Shown here in pieces: positions 37,891-47,897 of a stretch of DNA of 64,000 nt (within the stretch, counting starts at the first letter, position 1; every line of letters begins with the position of its first letter). Below the pieces are notes generated by a model. It was given only the letters and a program-made list of their open reading frames with translations. It was not told the origin of the DNA and searched no databases. The translations under genes were made by a program, and so were the position numbers. Location of the stretch: contig CAZQDJ010000001.1 of the NCBI GenBank assembly GCA_964592275.1, positions 4,770 to 68,769 on the forward strand. Reading direction: 5' to 3'. This DNA is from an uncultured Pseudomonadota bacterium. GTDB taxonomy: Bacteria > Babelota > Babeliae > Babelales > CAIQNR01.

Positions 37891-39696
37891 TTAGTTCGAA
37901 GAACCAGACGACCCAGCTCCAGGACCTGCAGGAATAGTAAGAACGGTAGTGCCATTCTTCTTTGTTCCCATTGATTCAAAAAACTCTTCATTCGTTTTGA
38001 ACTTCTTCATCTTATCAATCAAGAATTCCATACCTTCAATAACGTTCATATTAGAAAGGAATTTCTGTAGAACCCATGCACGCTTGAGTTCAGCATCAGG
38101 AAGCAATAAATCTTCTCGACGCGTACCAGAAACCAAGAGGTCGTAGGCAGGATAAACGCGACGGTTTGCCAGTTTACGGCTCATATGCATTTCCATGTTA
38201 CCAGTACCCTTAAACTCTTCGAAAATAACTTCGTCCATACGAGAGCCAGTTTCGATAAGCGCCGTTGCTATGATCGTTAATGAACCACCTTCTTCAGTGT
38301 TACGTGCAGCACCAAAGAAACGTTTTGGACGTTGTAAAGCGTTTGCATCAATACCACCCGTCAATATTTTTCCAGAAGCAGGAGCTGTTGTGTTATAAGC
38401 ACGAGCAAGACGAGTAATTGAATCAAGCAAGATAACTACATCTTTTTTCGATTCAACGAGGCGCTTTGCTTTTTCAAGAACCAATTCTGCTACTTGTACA
38501 TGACGTTCAGCTGATTCATCAAAGGTTGAGCTGATAACTTCAGCATGAGCACCTTTAACACAACGTTTCATGTCTGCAACTTCTTCAGGACGTTCATCAA
38601 CCAAAAGAACAATTATGAAAACGTCAGGATGATTACCAATTAAACTTTGAGCGATTTCTTTTAAAAGAACCGTTTTACCTACACGAGGAGGAGCAACAAT
38701 CAAACCACGTTGCCCTTTACCAATAGGAGTAAAGATGTCCATGATACGAGTAGAAATAAAAGATGCATCAAATTCGAGTTTAAATTTTTTGTCAGGATGC
38801 ATTGGAGAAAGACGATCAAAAAATGGTCGTTCATTCAATTTTATTGGATCTTCAAAATTAACTTTAATTATTTTATCAAGTGCAAAGTATTTTTCACCAT
38901 CTTTTGGCTTACGAATAGTTCCCACAACGTTATCACCTGTGCGTAATCCGATACGGCGCACTTGAGATGGAGAAACATACACATCATCAGGACTTGAAAC
39001 ATAATCAAATCTACTTGAACGTAAAAAACCAAAACCATCTGGAAGTCTTTCCAAAACTCCTTCAACTGGAATTTCGCGATCTGGATCTTTTTGTATTTCG
39101 AAAATTTTAACAATTAAATCTTTATGAGATAGCAAGCTTGCGCCAATCATACCAAGCCGACGAGCATGAACATTCAATTCTTGCATAGAAAGTTCAGACA
39201 ACTGTTCTTCAGTAAGATTTTTTAAAGGAGCCATTTCAAGCTGCCTGGAACCATAAGACTGATTGTCTCCACGATTTTGATAAGACTGATTTTGTTGAGC
39301 ATGGCTTGAAGTACTATGAGGGCGACGACTGCCAGATCTATCTTGTCTATCATAACGATCTTGACGACCCTCTCCATCGTTCCTCGAAGAACGATTGTCA
39401 TAACGATTTTGCCCTTCTCCATCATTTCTATTCTCGCTTCTCATAGGACGCTTATCGCGATTTTCACGACGAACTTCTCCCTCTTGTCGAGGTGCAACGC
39501 TAGGAGCAGGAGTAGAGATAGGAGTCTGATGAGGAGGATTTACTTGAGGAGTACTTGTGTATGAAGTTGCAGAACCAGCACTATTAGTACGCTTACGATT
39601 ATAAGTTCTCTTTTTTTCTTTTTGTTGTTGCGGTTGCGTAGAAGCAGAACCTTCAACAGGAATAGATGGCGGTGTTACCGGTGTATCATCTTGCAT
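37891..39696 (-). CDS. rho: transcription termination factor Rho with a long disordered N-terminal extension
   Basis: 601 aa. Walker A PPRVGKT, the RNA-binding CSD-like region GFGFLR, and a roughly 180-aa N-terminal R/D/N/G/Q/S-rich segment. Confidence 0.92.
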   Translation of the reverse strand: MQDDTPVTPPSIPVEGSASTQPQQQKEKKRTYNRKRTNSAGSATSYTSTPQVNPPHQTPISTPAPSVAPRQEGEVRRENRDKRPMRSENRNDGEGQNRYDNRSSRNDGEGRQDRYDRQDRSGSRRPHSTSSHAQQNQSYQNRGDNQSYGSRQLEMAPLKNLTEEQLSELSMQELNVHARRLGMIGASLLSHKDLIVKIFEIQKDPDREIPVEGVLERLPDGFGFLRSSRFDYVSSPDDVYVSPSQVRRIGLRTGDNVVGTIRKPKDGEKYFALDKIIKVNFEDPIKLNERPFFDRLSPMHPDKKFKLEFDASFISTRIMDIFTPIGKGQRGLIVAPPRVGKTVLLKEIAQSLIGNHPDVFIIVLLVDERPEEVADMKRCVKGAHAEVISSTFDESAERHVQVAELVLEKAKRLVESKKDVVILLDSITRLARAYNTTAPASGKILTGGIDANALQRPKRFFGAARNTEEGGSLTIIATALIETGSRMDEVIFEEFKGTGNMEMHMSRKLANRRVYPAYDLLVSGTRREDLLLPDAELKRAWVLQKFLSNMNVIEGMEFLIDKMKKFKTNEEFFESMGTKKNGTTVLTIPAGPGAGSSGSSN

Positions 39697-39827
39697 TTAT
39701 GTATATCTCCCTAACAGTAGTAGAATGCTCACATTTGAACATTTCTTGCAAAACCAAACACTCCACCCATATGAAGATTTTTAGTTTTTTAGACACAACT
39801 TAAAAATTCAAGAAACTTATATCGACC

Positions 39828-40709
39828 CTAAATCCGGCGACGTAACGCCAACATTACAGGACTTGCAACATAAATAGAGGAATAAGTTCCAATTACAATC
39901 CCAATTAAGAACGAAAGTGAAAGCGTATGAAGCGCTTCACCACCAAAGACAAAAAGCGCACCTGCTGCCAATGTTGTAGCAAAACTGGTCATCAAGGTTC
40001 TTCTTAATGTTTGGTTAATACTTTCATTCACAATGACTTCAATGTCCTTGCCTTTTTCTTTTGCCATATTTTCACGAATACGAGAATAAATAATAATCGT
40101 ATCATTAATTGAGTAACTCAACATTGCTAAAATAGCGCAAATAACATTAGGAGAAATTTCAAGACCAAAACAAGCAAAAACGGTCAAAATCGCAATCGCA
40201 TCATGGAAAATTGCAACCATTGCACCCACGCCAAAAGAGATCGACCAAAAACGCCACGCTATGTAGAAAAGCATCAAAAGTAGACCCAACATCAAGGCAA
40301 TCAATGAGTTAAGAAACAACATTTTACCCGCTGCAGGCCCCACAGCATTCGCCTCTTCAACAGTAATCACCGTATCAGGAAATTCAACTTGCAGACCATT
40401 TTTCATTTTTTCAGCTAAGCCAGCAACATCCGTAGTAAAATCTTTTACACGAACTGCAACGTCAGAGTTTCCAAGTTCACGAATAACCGCATCACCCCAC
40501 CCTTGCTTAACAAGAGTTGTCTTTAAGTGCTCAGAACCAATCGGTTTACTGAACTTATAAAGAACCTGAGTTCCACCGCTAAAATCTACACTGTAAACAA
40601 AGCCACCACGATACACGTAACCAGCAATACCAGCTGCTAACAATGCGCATGAAAAAAGCGCTGCAAAATAACGATACTTCAAAAAATCAATGCGTGTATA
40701 TTCAGTCAT
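39828..40709 (-). CDS. secF: protein-export membrane protein SecF
   Basis: 293 aa. IDFLKYRYFA start, six TM segments, and the INDTIIIYSRIRE motif. Confidence 0.85.
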   Translation of the reverse strand: MTEYTRIDFLKYRYFAALFSCALLAAGIAGYVYRGGFVYSVDFSGGTQVLYKFSKPIGSEHLKTTLVKQGWGDAVIRELGNSDVAVRVKDFTTDVAGLAEKMKNGLQVEFPDTVITVEEANAVGPAAGKMLFLNSLIALMLGLLLMLFYIAWRFWSISFGVGAMVAIFHDAIAILTVFACFGLEISPNVICAILAMLSYSINDTIIIYSRIRENMAKEKGKDIEVIVNESINQTLRRTLMTSFATTLAAGALFVFGGEALHTLSLSFLIGIVIGTYSSIYVASPVMLALRRRI

Positions 40710-40794
40710 CCTTACTCTCCGAGGGATACGTAACCTTCACACTGCTCCCTTTTTAAAGGAGCACCTAACTCTATTGTCATACTTTAAAAATGAA

Positions 40795-41058
40795 CTATTG
40801 GCCACTCACTGGATCAATAGAAACAAATTTACGTCCACGTTGACCAAAATGGAATCTCAGAACACCAGTACCTGTTGCAAACAAAGTATGATCTTTGCCC
40901 ATACCAACCAATTTACCTGGGTGAATGCGAGTGCCACGTTGTCTTACAATAATCTCGCCGCCTGTTACTTCTTGTCCTGCAAAAAGCTTAATACCAAGAC
41001 GTCTACCTTTACTATCACGACCATTTTGAGTGGAACCACCCGTTTTACTCGTTGCCAT
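40795..41058 (-). CDS. rpmA: 50S ribosomal protein L27
   Basis: 87 aa. [24 protein letters not shown]...RQRGT..HPG. Confidence 0.95.
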   Translation of the reverse strand: MATSKTGGSTQNGRDSKGRRLGIKLFAGQEVTGGEIIVRQRGTRIHPGKLVGMGKDHTLFATGTGVLRFHFGQRGRKFVSIDPVSGQ

Positions 41059-41138
41059 CGGAAATCCTTAGATTGTTTAAAAAATTGATTTGAAAATTTT
41101 CAAGAAAGAGCACATAACCTTAAGAAATAATGTTTTTG

Positions 41139-41166
41139 AGTATGACAACATACTGTTAAATGTCAA
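41139..41166 (-). promoter_or_regulatory. candidate sigma70-type promoter for rpmA
   Basis: Minus strand: TTGACA (41166-41161), 16-nt spacer, CATACT (41144-41139). About 80 nt upstream of the rpmA ATG. Confidence 0.3.
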
Positions 41167-41206
41167 TACCATCGCTATTCTTGCAACCTTAATGCAGCTT
41201 ATTTTT

Positions 41207-41509
41207 TTAAAAAATACCCAGCAAAATAAGCTTATCTAATGATAATAAAAGAGCAGGAATCCAACATTCTCCACAGCAAGAAGAATATTTATTCAAAGAA
41301 CAACTAGCACACATATGAGCTTTTTCAGCCTTTGGTTGAGAATCGATAAAGCTTACCCCTTCTTCTACCCCTCTTAATTCAGAATAAACTGATTCTGCTC
41401 CTGCTTGCTTACTGTCGGTTAATTCCAGCGCCTTACCTTGATTATCACTTGCAAAACAACATCCTGAAAAAATTAGTCCACACCACAAAACTACTACTCT
41501 TTTTCCCAT
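41207..41509 (-). CDS. small Cys-rich lipoprotein-like protein
   Basis: 100 aa from the ATG at 41509 (AAGGAA RBS). Lipobox-like IFSGC, a C-terminal CASCSLNKYSSCCGEC cluster, then a hydrophobic tail. Confidence 0.45.
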   Translation of the reverse strand: MGKRVVVLWCGLIFSGCCFASDNQGKALELTDSKQAGAESVYSELRGVEEGVSFIDSQPKAEKAHMCASCSLNKYSSCCGECWIPALLLSLDKLILLGIF

Positions 41510-41525
41510 CGCTTTATTCCTTTTT

Positions 41526-42296
41526 TTAACGAACATCACCAAGTTGTTCAGTCCATTCTTTAAGAGTGGTTGCCCATTCTTCACCGATTAAATATTTTTT
41601 TTGCCAAGCATTCAAAGTAACTGGAAAATGAGGGAGAGCCAAACGTAAAAGTGCCTTTGCATAATCCCTAATTTCTGATTGAGCACCATGAGATAAACGT
41701 AATTTCATAAAGTGCATAAGTGAATGCATATTGCAGGTAAAGATAAATTCTGTATACGTACCAACCGGCAATAAGGCTCTTGCCTGTTCTCGACATACCC
41801 CTGCTTCAAGTAACTGCTCATAAGCTTTATACGAAGCATCTAATGTTTGTTTATAAAGCGCTAAAAGCGATTCATCAAAAAAAGCACCGTTCGAGCTTTG
41901 TTTATTAACCATATCTTGATAACGAAATTCTTTAGGAATATAAAATTCAGTTTTCACTGTCACATAGCGATAACTGATTTCATTATATGAATTCATGCGA
42001 TGACGCATCCATTGGCGTGCCACAAAAATAGGAGCTTTTATTCTAAAAGAAAGCTGATTGTGCTCAAATGGACTGGTATGCTCATGCTCCATTAAGAAAT
42101 CGATAAGCTTTGTATCGCGCTCGCTAATCGCAGCTGAAACACGACCATAAGAAACACGGGCAGCGTTGGCAATATCTAAATCAGAACCTGATACCCGTAA
42201 GAGCTCAACTGAACTTAGACCATCTTGTAATGGATCAAGCTTATCGTTTTTTTCTGCAAAGGCTGTTATTGCTTGCGCAGTGTTCACTTGTTTCAT
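41526..42296 (-). CDS. thyX: FAD-dependent thymidylate synthase
   Basis: 256 aa. ThyX motif RHRMNSYNEISYRY. Confidence 0.92.
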   Translation of the reverse strand: MKQVNTAQAITAFAEKNDKLDPLQDGLSSVELLRVSGSDLDIANAARVSYGRVSAAISERDTKLIDFLMEHEHTSPFEHNQLSFRIKAPIFVARQWMRHRMNSYNEISYRYVTVKTEFYIPKEFRYQDMVNKQSSNGAFFDESLLALYKQTLDASYKAYEQLLEAGVCREQARALLPVGTYTEFIFTCNMHSLMHFMKLRLSHGAQSEIRDYAKALLRLALPHFPVTLNAWQKKYLIGEEWATTLKEWTEQLGDVR

Positions 42297-42313
42297 ATTT
42301 CATCCCAACCTAT

Positions 42314-45019
42314 TTAACTAACTTCTTTCCAATTATTACCAACTGCGACATTCACCGTCAAAGGAACTTCCCATGATATGATATTTTCTAATTCCTGAAT
42401 AACCATTTTTTGTACTGCATCAATTTGAGATTGTGCAACAGTCAGTAAAAGCTCATCATGAATTTGTAAAATAAGCGCAGCATCAAAGCCTGATTTTTTT
42501 AATGCTGTATGAACTTGCAACATTCCCATCTTCATAATTTCTGCCGCAGTTCCTTGCGCTACCGTATTAATTGCAATGCGACATGCTTCCTCGAACAAAT
42601 GCTTATTGCGCTCATGAATGCCAGGTATTGGTCTTCTTCTACCAAATATCGTTTCGGTATAACCAAGCCGTTTCGTTTTTTCAATCACACTATCCATCCA
42701 TTCTTTTACTTTTGGATAACGATCAAAATAAGCGTCTATATATTTTTTTGCATCTTTTAACGAAATGTCCATATCCTTAGAAAGGCCATACGGCGTTAAG
42801 CCATACAAAATACTAAAGTTAATGCGCTTACCAATGTTTCGGTCATGCTTAGTAAGCTCATTTGCAGGAATACCAAGTAATGCTGATGCTGTTTCTGCAT
42901 GAATATCATGCCCCTCTTTAAAAGCTTTCATCAAGTTTTCATCTTTGCATAGATGAGCAAGAATGCGCAGTTCAATTTGTGAATAATCAGCTGCCAAAAA
43001 CACATGTCCCTCTTCAGGATAAAATGCTCTACGAACCATGCTCCCTAGTCCATCAGTTGGAATATTTTGCATATTTGGTTCAGAACTTGCCAAACGTCCT
43101 GTCGCAACACGAGTCTGACTGTAGGTAGTATGAATACGGCCCGTACGAGGATTAATATATCCAGGCAAAGCCTCAAGATAGGTGCTTTTTAATTTATATA
43201 ATTCGCGATACTGAATCAAAAAACTCGGAATAGGATGCACCTTTGAAAGCTCTATTAACACTTCATTATCAGTAGCAAACCCAGTTCTTTTAGCACTCTT
43301 TTTCTGTGTTGGTAATTGCAGATATTCAAACAACAGTTCTGCTACTTGTTTTGGAGAATTAAGATTGATCGATGCATACCGAGGATCAATAAGACCGATA
43401 ATCGTTCTATAAAGTTCACCTAATTTTTTCTCAACCACTTCATGCAAGGTTTGTAATATTTCTCGATCACAATAAATACCACGCGCTTCCATTTCAAAAA
43501 GAACATCCACCAGCGGTAATTCAATATCGTAATACAATGAGATTGCATTTTTTTCTTGCAATAGTTTTTGCAAAGGCTTGTAGAGTTTTAATGTTTGATG
43601 CGCATCAGCAGCTGCGTATTCCGTTGCCTTATCTAAAGGAACTTCAGAAAAATCTTTATACTTTTTATCAAAGACAACGCTTTCAAACGTAAGCATTGGT
43701 TCTTGTAAATAATGAGCAGAAAGCTCTTTCAAAGAACTTTTTTGCCATTCATCTTTTACTAATGCTGCAGCAATAATCGTATCAAAAATAAGACCTTTTT
43801 CTCGTATCCCATTTTGATAGAGCACAAGCTCATCAAACTTAGCATGATGAGCTATTTTTTTAATCGCCTCATCTTCAAACACCGGTTTAAGTGCAGCAAT
43901 CAACTCTTCACGCGAAAGTTGTTTTTCATTAGTACGATGCCCACAAGGAATGTAGTACGACACTCCTTCTTGTGTACAAAGTGAAATCCCCATAATGTTC
44001 ATCAATAAAGGATTAAGTCCATCACCTTCTGTATCATACGCAAACATTCCTGCACTTTTTATTTCTTTAATTACATTTTGAAGCTGCACCTGCGTGGTCA
44101 CCAGCTCAAAGCGATATCCTTTATCTTGAGAGCTTTGCACTGCAGATGTACCAGCACCTGAGGCAGGCATATCTTTAAGCAAACTTTTAAAATTTAATTT
44201 CTCAAAAAGTGGTCGCGCATTAATCCATCCAGAATAATCAAAGACTACATCTTTCTCGGTGCTGGTTATCGGATACGTATGAAGCGTAAATAAACGCTCA
44301 CTTAAAAACGCATCGTCTTTGTGCCCTTCTAATGACCGCCTTACTCCTGGTTGCGCTACGCGGTGGATATCTTTATAAACCGCTTGTAACGAATCAAACT
44401 GATTTACCAATTCAAGTGCTCGTTTTTCGCCAATCCCTTTTACTCCAGGAATATTATCGGAAGAATCTCCCAACAGCGCAAAATAAAAAGCTGTTTTTGC
44501 TACTGGGAAACCCATTTTTTCTTGGAAAGCAGCTTCATTGATAAAAATATTTTTAAACGAATCATAGATCATGACCGATTCTGAAAGCATCTGCCCCATA
44601 TCTTTATCAGACGTCACCACAACTACCGTTCCCCCTTGAGCCTGCCACCACAGACCAAGCGAATACATCAAATCATCAGCTTCAACACCTGTTTGAGAAA
44701 ATTGATGCAACCCTACCATCTGCGCAAATTCTTGTATCAACTCTTTTTGCTCAAACAAGTCGCTAGGAGGAGCTTGACGGGTAGCTTTGTACTCTTCATA
44801 GATTTCATGACGCTTTGTTTTTCCTTTGCTGTCCCACACCACCACCATATTTTGAGGCGCGAATTTTTCGACAAGATTTTTGATCATGCGACAAAAACCA
44901 TAGACCGCTTGAACTGGCTTACCATCAGCTGTATGGAGTGGTTGTAATCCATAATAAGCTCGATACAAAAACGATGATCCATCAATTAAAAAGAGACTTT
45001 TTTTCATATCAAAACTCAT
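42314..45019 (-). CDS. polA: DNA polymerase I
   Basis: About 901 aa from the ATG at 45019 (GAAAGG RBS). 5'-nuclease LIDGSSFLYRAYY, a 3'-5' exonuclease region, and polymerase motifs DYSQIELR and QIHDELL. Confidence 0.93.
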   Translation of the reverse strand: MSFDMKKSLFLIDGSSFLYRAYYGLQPLHTADGKPVQAVYGFCRMIKNLVEKFAPQNMVVVWDSKGKTKRHEIYEEYKATRQAPPSDLFEQKELIQEFAQMVGLHQFSQTGVEADDLMYSLGLWWQAQGGTVVVVTSDKDMGQMLSESVMIYDSFKNIFINEAAFQEKMGFPVAKTAFYFALLGDSSDNIPGVKGIGEKRALELVNQFDSLQAVYKDIHRVAQPGVRRSLEGHKDDAFLSERLFTLHTYPITSTEKDVVFDYSGWINARPLFEKLNFKSLLKDMPASGAGTSAVQSSQDKGYRFELVTTQVQLQNVIKEIKSAGMFAYDTEGDGLNPLLMNIMGISLCTQEGVSYYIPCGHRTNEKQLSREELIAALKPVFEDEAIKKIAHHAKFDELVLYQNGIREKGLIFDTIIAAALVKDEWQKSSLKELSAHYLQEPMLTFESVVFDKKYKDFSEVPLDKATEYAAADAHQTLKLYKPLQKLLQEKNAISLYYDIELPLVDVLFEMEARGIYCDREILQTLHEVVEKKLGELYRTIIGLIDPRYASINLNSPKQVAELLFEYLQLPTQKKSAKRTGFATDNEVLIELSKVHPIPSFLIQYRELYKLKSTYLEALPGYINPRTGRIHTTYSQTRVATGRLASSEPNMQNIPTDGLGSMVRRAFYPEEGHVFLAADYSQIELRILAHLCKDENLMKAFKEGHDIHAETASALLGIPANELTKHDRNIGKRINFSILYGLTPYGLSKDMDISLKDAKKYIDAYFDRYPKVKEWMDSVIEKTKRLGYTETIFGRRRPIPGIHERNKHLFEEACRIAINTVAQGTAAEIMKMGMLQVHTALKKSGFDAALILQIHDELLLTVAQSQIDAVQKMVIQELENIISWEVPLTVNVAVGNNWKEVS

Positions 45020-45220
45020 GAGGCACCTTTCTAAAATAAGTTTTTTTAAAAGTGTACTCCAGGCGACAAAATACACCAGCTAGTCATCTTTTTTAAAAAA
45101 ATTTAAGCAAAGCATAAGCTTAGTCATCATACTATCAAACAAAATACTATTGCTTTCTCATGATCCAGTCAGTTAATCTGATGATATGAAAGCAGAATAG
45201 TTTGGCTGATTGGAGGTAAA

Positions 45221-45448
45221 ATGAAAAATAAAACAATAAAAGCTTTAATGGCAGGGCTCATTGCGCTTACTATCATTACCTTACAAGGACAAAGTCACTA
45301 CGGAGACCGTTATGAGTTTGGAAAAATCTATGCAGAAAAAGAAAGACTGAAAGATGAAATTGATACTCTTCACACAGATAAAGAAATCCAAGAATGGAGA
45401 GAGGAACAATGCTCCCATTGTTCCTGTGAAGATAATGAGGATCAGTAA
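45221..45448 (+). CDS. small secreted protein (1 of 4 in tandem)
   Basis: 75 aa. GGAGG RBS. Signal peptide MKNKTIKALMAGLIALTIITLQG. Confidence 0.55.
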   Translation: MKNKTIKALMAGLIALTIITLQGQSHYGDRYEFGKIYAEKERLKDEIDTLHTDKEIQEWREEQCSHCSCEDNEDQ

Positions 45449-45451
45449 AAA

Positions 45452-45706
45452 ATGAAGAAAAAATTAGTAGCATTAACGCTCTTATTTACAACAGGCACTG
45501 CACTTCAAGCACAATCACAAGAAAACTCAGTACGTAAAATACTATCTACACCGAGCCACCTTCATGAACATGAACAATATAGAAATGGCCATTGGATTCC
45601 TGTCATAAGAGACAGAGGACAATGGGTTGCGGTAGTACAAAAAAATGGAGAGTTAATTTCAATAGAAACACCAAAACAAGAAATGAAGCGGAAATCTAAA
45701 GAATAA
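45452..45706 (+). CDS. small secreted protein (2 of 4)
   Basis: 84 aa. Signal peptide MKKKLVALTLLFTTGTALQA. NGHWIPV motif shared with the next gene. Confidence 0.55.
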   Translation: MKKKLVALTLLFTTGTALQAQSQENSVRKILSTPSHLHEHEQYRNGHWIPVIRDRGQWVAVVQKNGELISIETPKQEMKRKSKE

Positions 45707-45718
45707 ATTTTATAAATC

Positions 45719-45758
45719 GCTTTCTTTTTAGAAAGCATAAATAAATGGAGAACATAAA
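45719..45758 (+). promoter_or_regulatory. conserved leader: hairpin plus AAATAAATGGAGAACA box upstream of secreted-protein gene 3
   Basis: GCTTTC-TTTTTA-GAAAGC, followed by ATAAATAAATGGAGAACATAAA and the ATG. Confidence 0.45.
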
Positions 45759-46136
45759 ATGAAAAAACAACTAGTAACGATAGCTCTTTTGCTATCAGCA
45801 AATGCAGCATTACCCGCAGCAAATGGTGGAATGACAATGAGAATGCAACCAGCAGAATTTGATACGACAATGAGCCTGACCCCCCAAGAAGCACCAAGAG
45901 AACCCGCTCTTGGGACCATACGTACAAGAGAGTTTTCACCTGGTGGAAGAGCTGTTGATAGTTTTATGCGAGAAGAATATCTAGGAAACGGTCACTGGAG
46001 AAATGTTCCATTTAAAGATGTTTCACTTGAGCTTGGACGCAAGACTGTCGAATCTGATCGCGCACAATATGAAGAATTGTTACGCAACGTTCATGACATT
46101 TTAAAAATAGTTACAGAACTAAAAGAGAGACAATAA
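45759..46136 (+). CDS. small secreted protein (3 of 4)
   Basis: 125 aa. Signal peptide MKKQLVTIALLLSANAALPA. NGHWRNVPF motif. Confidence 0.55.
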   Translation: MKKQLVTIALLLSANAALPAANGGMTMRMQPAEFDTTMSLTPQEAPREPALGTIRTREFSPGGRAVDSFMREEYLGNGHWRNVPFKDVSLELGRKTVESDRAQYEELLRNVHDILKIVTELKERQ

Positions 46137-46159
46137 ATAGAATAAGTATTTCAATAATC

Positions 46160-46200
46160 TGCTCTCATTGCAGAGAGCACAAATAAATGGAGAACAAAAA
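46160..46200 (+). promoter_or_regulatory. conserved leader: hairpin plus AAATAAATGGAGAACA box upstream of secreted-protein gene 4
   Basis: TGCTCTC-ATTGCA-GAGAGCA, followed by CAAATAAATGGAGAACAAAAA and the ATG. The architecture matches 45719-45758 but the stem sequence differs. Confidence 0.45.
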
Positions 46201-46752
46201 ATGAAGAACAAAAAACTAGGAATAGCTTTGTTAACGCTTGCTGTTTTTACAAGCACACAAGCCAACAACCCCAGAACTCCAGGTGAAGCTGTAACCGCCG
46301 CACCAGCAGTTATTTTAAACGGAGCCGCTGATATTTTGAGTTTTGGCCATGCAAAACAACTACAAGAATACGGGGACAGAAATCAACAAGATCCTGCAAA
46401 CGTTTCCCCAACAGTTGGTGAAGGACTATTAGCACCAGTAACTGGTATTATCGATGCTCCTTTTGGCCAAACAGGCAAAGAAAGCTACATAAAAAAGACC
46501 GACTCAAAACAAACAAATAAACATAGAGTAAAAAAAGAAAAATCTTGTAAAAAATCTTGTGATTCAAAAACGCAAACCCCCAAGAAAACAAGAACAAAAA
46601 AGACAAAAGATAATGACGGACACCCAGCTGAAGCAGTAGTTTTACCAGTAACGGTAGCTGCTGATGTAGTTACCCTTGGCACACAACACTTCACAGCGAG
46701 AGCTGTCGATTCAATCAATGGTGATTCTGATACAGAACGTACTGCTGAGTAA
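46201..46752 (+). CDS. small secreted protein (4 of 4), Lys-rich centre
   Basis: 183 aa from the ATG at 46201. Signal peptide MKNKKLGIALLTLAVFTSTQA. Confidence 0.55.
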   Translation: MKNKKLGIALLTLAVFTSTQANNPRTPGEAVTAAPAVILNGAADILSFGHAKQLQEYGDRNQQDPANVSPTVGEGLLAPVTGIIDAPFGQTGKESYIKKTDSKQTNKHRVKKEKSCKKSCDSKTQTPKKTRTKKTKDNDGHPAEAVVLPVTVAADVVTLGTQHFTARAVDSINGDSDTERTAE

Positions 46753-46770
46753 TAGATAGATCAAACAAAA

Positions 46771-46798
46771 GAGGGGCACTTGCCCCTCGTATTTTATT
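46771..46798. terminator. bidirectional rho-independent terminator between convergent genes
   Basis: GAGGGGC-ACTT-GCCCCTC. GTATTTTATT follows on the plus strand and a T-rich run follows on the minus strand. Confidence 0.6.
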
Positions 46799-46812
46799 CC
46801 GTGTAAAAAATC

Positions 46813-47772
46813 TTACTGCGCTTTATAACGAATACAAACAACCGTAATATCATCTCTACTCTTGCGAGTGCGCGCTTTTTCAGCCAACTGTTGCGCAATA
46901 GCCTTACAGTCCCTATTTTCCTTTATTCCAGCCATCACAAGATCATACGTCTCGTTATTAGTAAGCATATCCCAGTACCCATCAGAAGCGATAACAATAA
47001 CGTCATTTTCTTCTAAAGTAATTTTTGTAATTTCAGGTTCTGCATTCAAATCATAGAATTTATGCATATCAATATCGCCTAAAGAACGGCTTAATGCCAA
47101 CATTGCCCCTGGTTTACCTTTATGATCAACTGTAGAAAAAGGAATACTTTGTCGCGATGGACGAATAACTATCAAACGCGAATCGCCGACATTAGCAACC
47201 GTTAACACACCATCTTGCAAGGTTCCCGCAACTAACGTTGTCCCTGATTGTTGCGCATTTGCTAATTTTTTATATTTTTCTTGTAACTTTTTACATGCAG
47301 CTACCATGCCATATTTAATTTCTTTGTGTTTAAAAACTTCCAAAGGAAATTGTTCTACGGCATCCTGCGCAATAAGATCACCTTTATCTCCATGACCATC
47401 ACACACTGCAAACATTATTTTGCCAAGCATTGTTCCTGCAAATACACGATCCTGACATGGATACGCGCGCCGATTATTGCCCCCACGAATATTTTCAATC
47501 ATAAAAACACCATAGGTAACATCTTTATCAATGCGCTCTTCGTGCAACGTATGTATTTTTTCTACTGGGGTATAAAGAGGTGCAATCTGCTGTTGTGAAA
47601 TAAGAGCAGGTTGAGGAGTTGTATAATTGTGATATTGCATCGCAGCAGCTTTAGAAACAACACGAGCTGAGAGAGCTCTATTTGTTGAGAAAGGTTTTGC
47701 CGTTTGAGCATAAGCCAAAAATTGAGAGGTCCAAAAGACAAAAATCAGTGCAATTTTTATAAAATTTTTCAT
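46813..47772 (-). CDS. PP2C-family Ser/Thr phosphatase with N-terminal signal peptide
   Basis: About 319 aa from the ATG at 47772 (MKNFIKIALIFVFWTSQFLAYAQT). PP2C motifs VCDGHGD, VANVGDSR, IASDGYWD and DDITVVC. Confidence 0.85.
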   Translation of the reverse strand: MKNFIKIALIFVFWTSQFLAYAQTAKPFSTNRALSARVVSKAAAMQYHNYTTPQPALISQQQIAPLYTPVEKIHTLHEERIDKDVTYGVFMIENIRGGNNRRAYPCQDRVFAGTMLGKIMFAVCDGHGDKGDLIAQDAVEQFPLEVFKHKEIKYGMVAACKKLQEKYKKLANAQQSGTTLVAGTLQDGVLTVANVGDSRLIVIRPSRQSIPFSTVDHKGKPGAMLALSRSLGDIDMHKFYDLNAEPEITKITLEENDVIVIASDGYWDMLTNNETYDLVMAGIKENRDCKAIAQQLAEKARTRKSRDDITVVCIRYKAQ

Positions 47773-47897
47773 AACAAATAACCTTAAAATAAAGAGTGCA
47801 TCTACTCTCATAGTATCGATTATGAGCGCCTTTAGCAAAAGGTCCCTACATCAAATAGTCCCTTCTTCGCCTTTTTTGCAAAATTATATTTTTAGAA

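Noticed and set aside
39828-41058. secF without an adjacent secD, and rpmA without the usual upstream rplU, as signs of gene loss
   Set aside because: The partners may simply be encoded elsewhere in the genome. A 64-kb window cannot distinguish relocation from loss.
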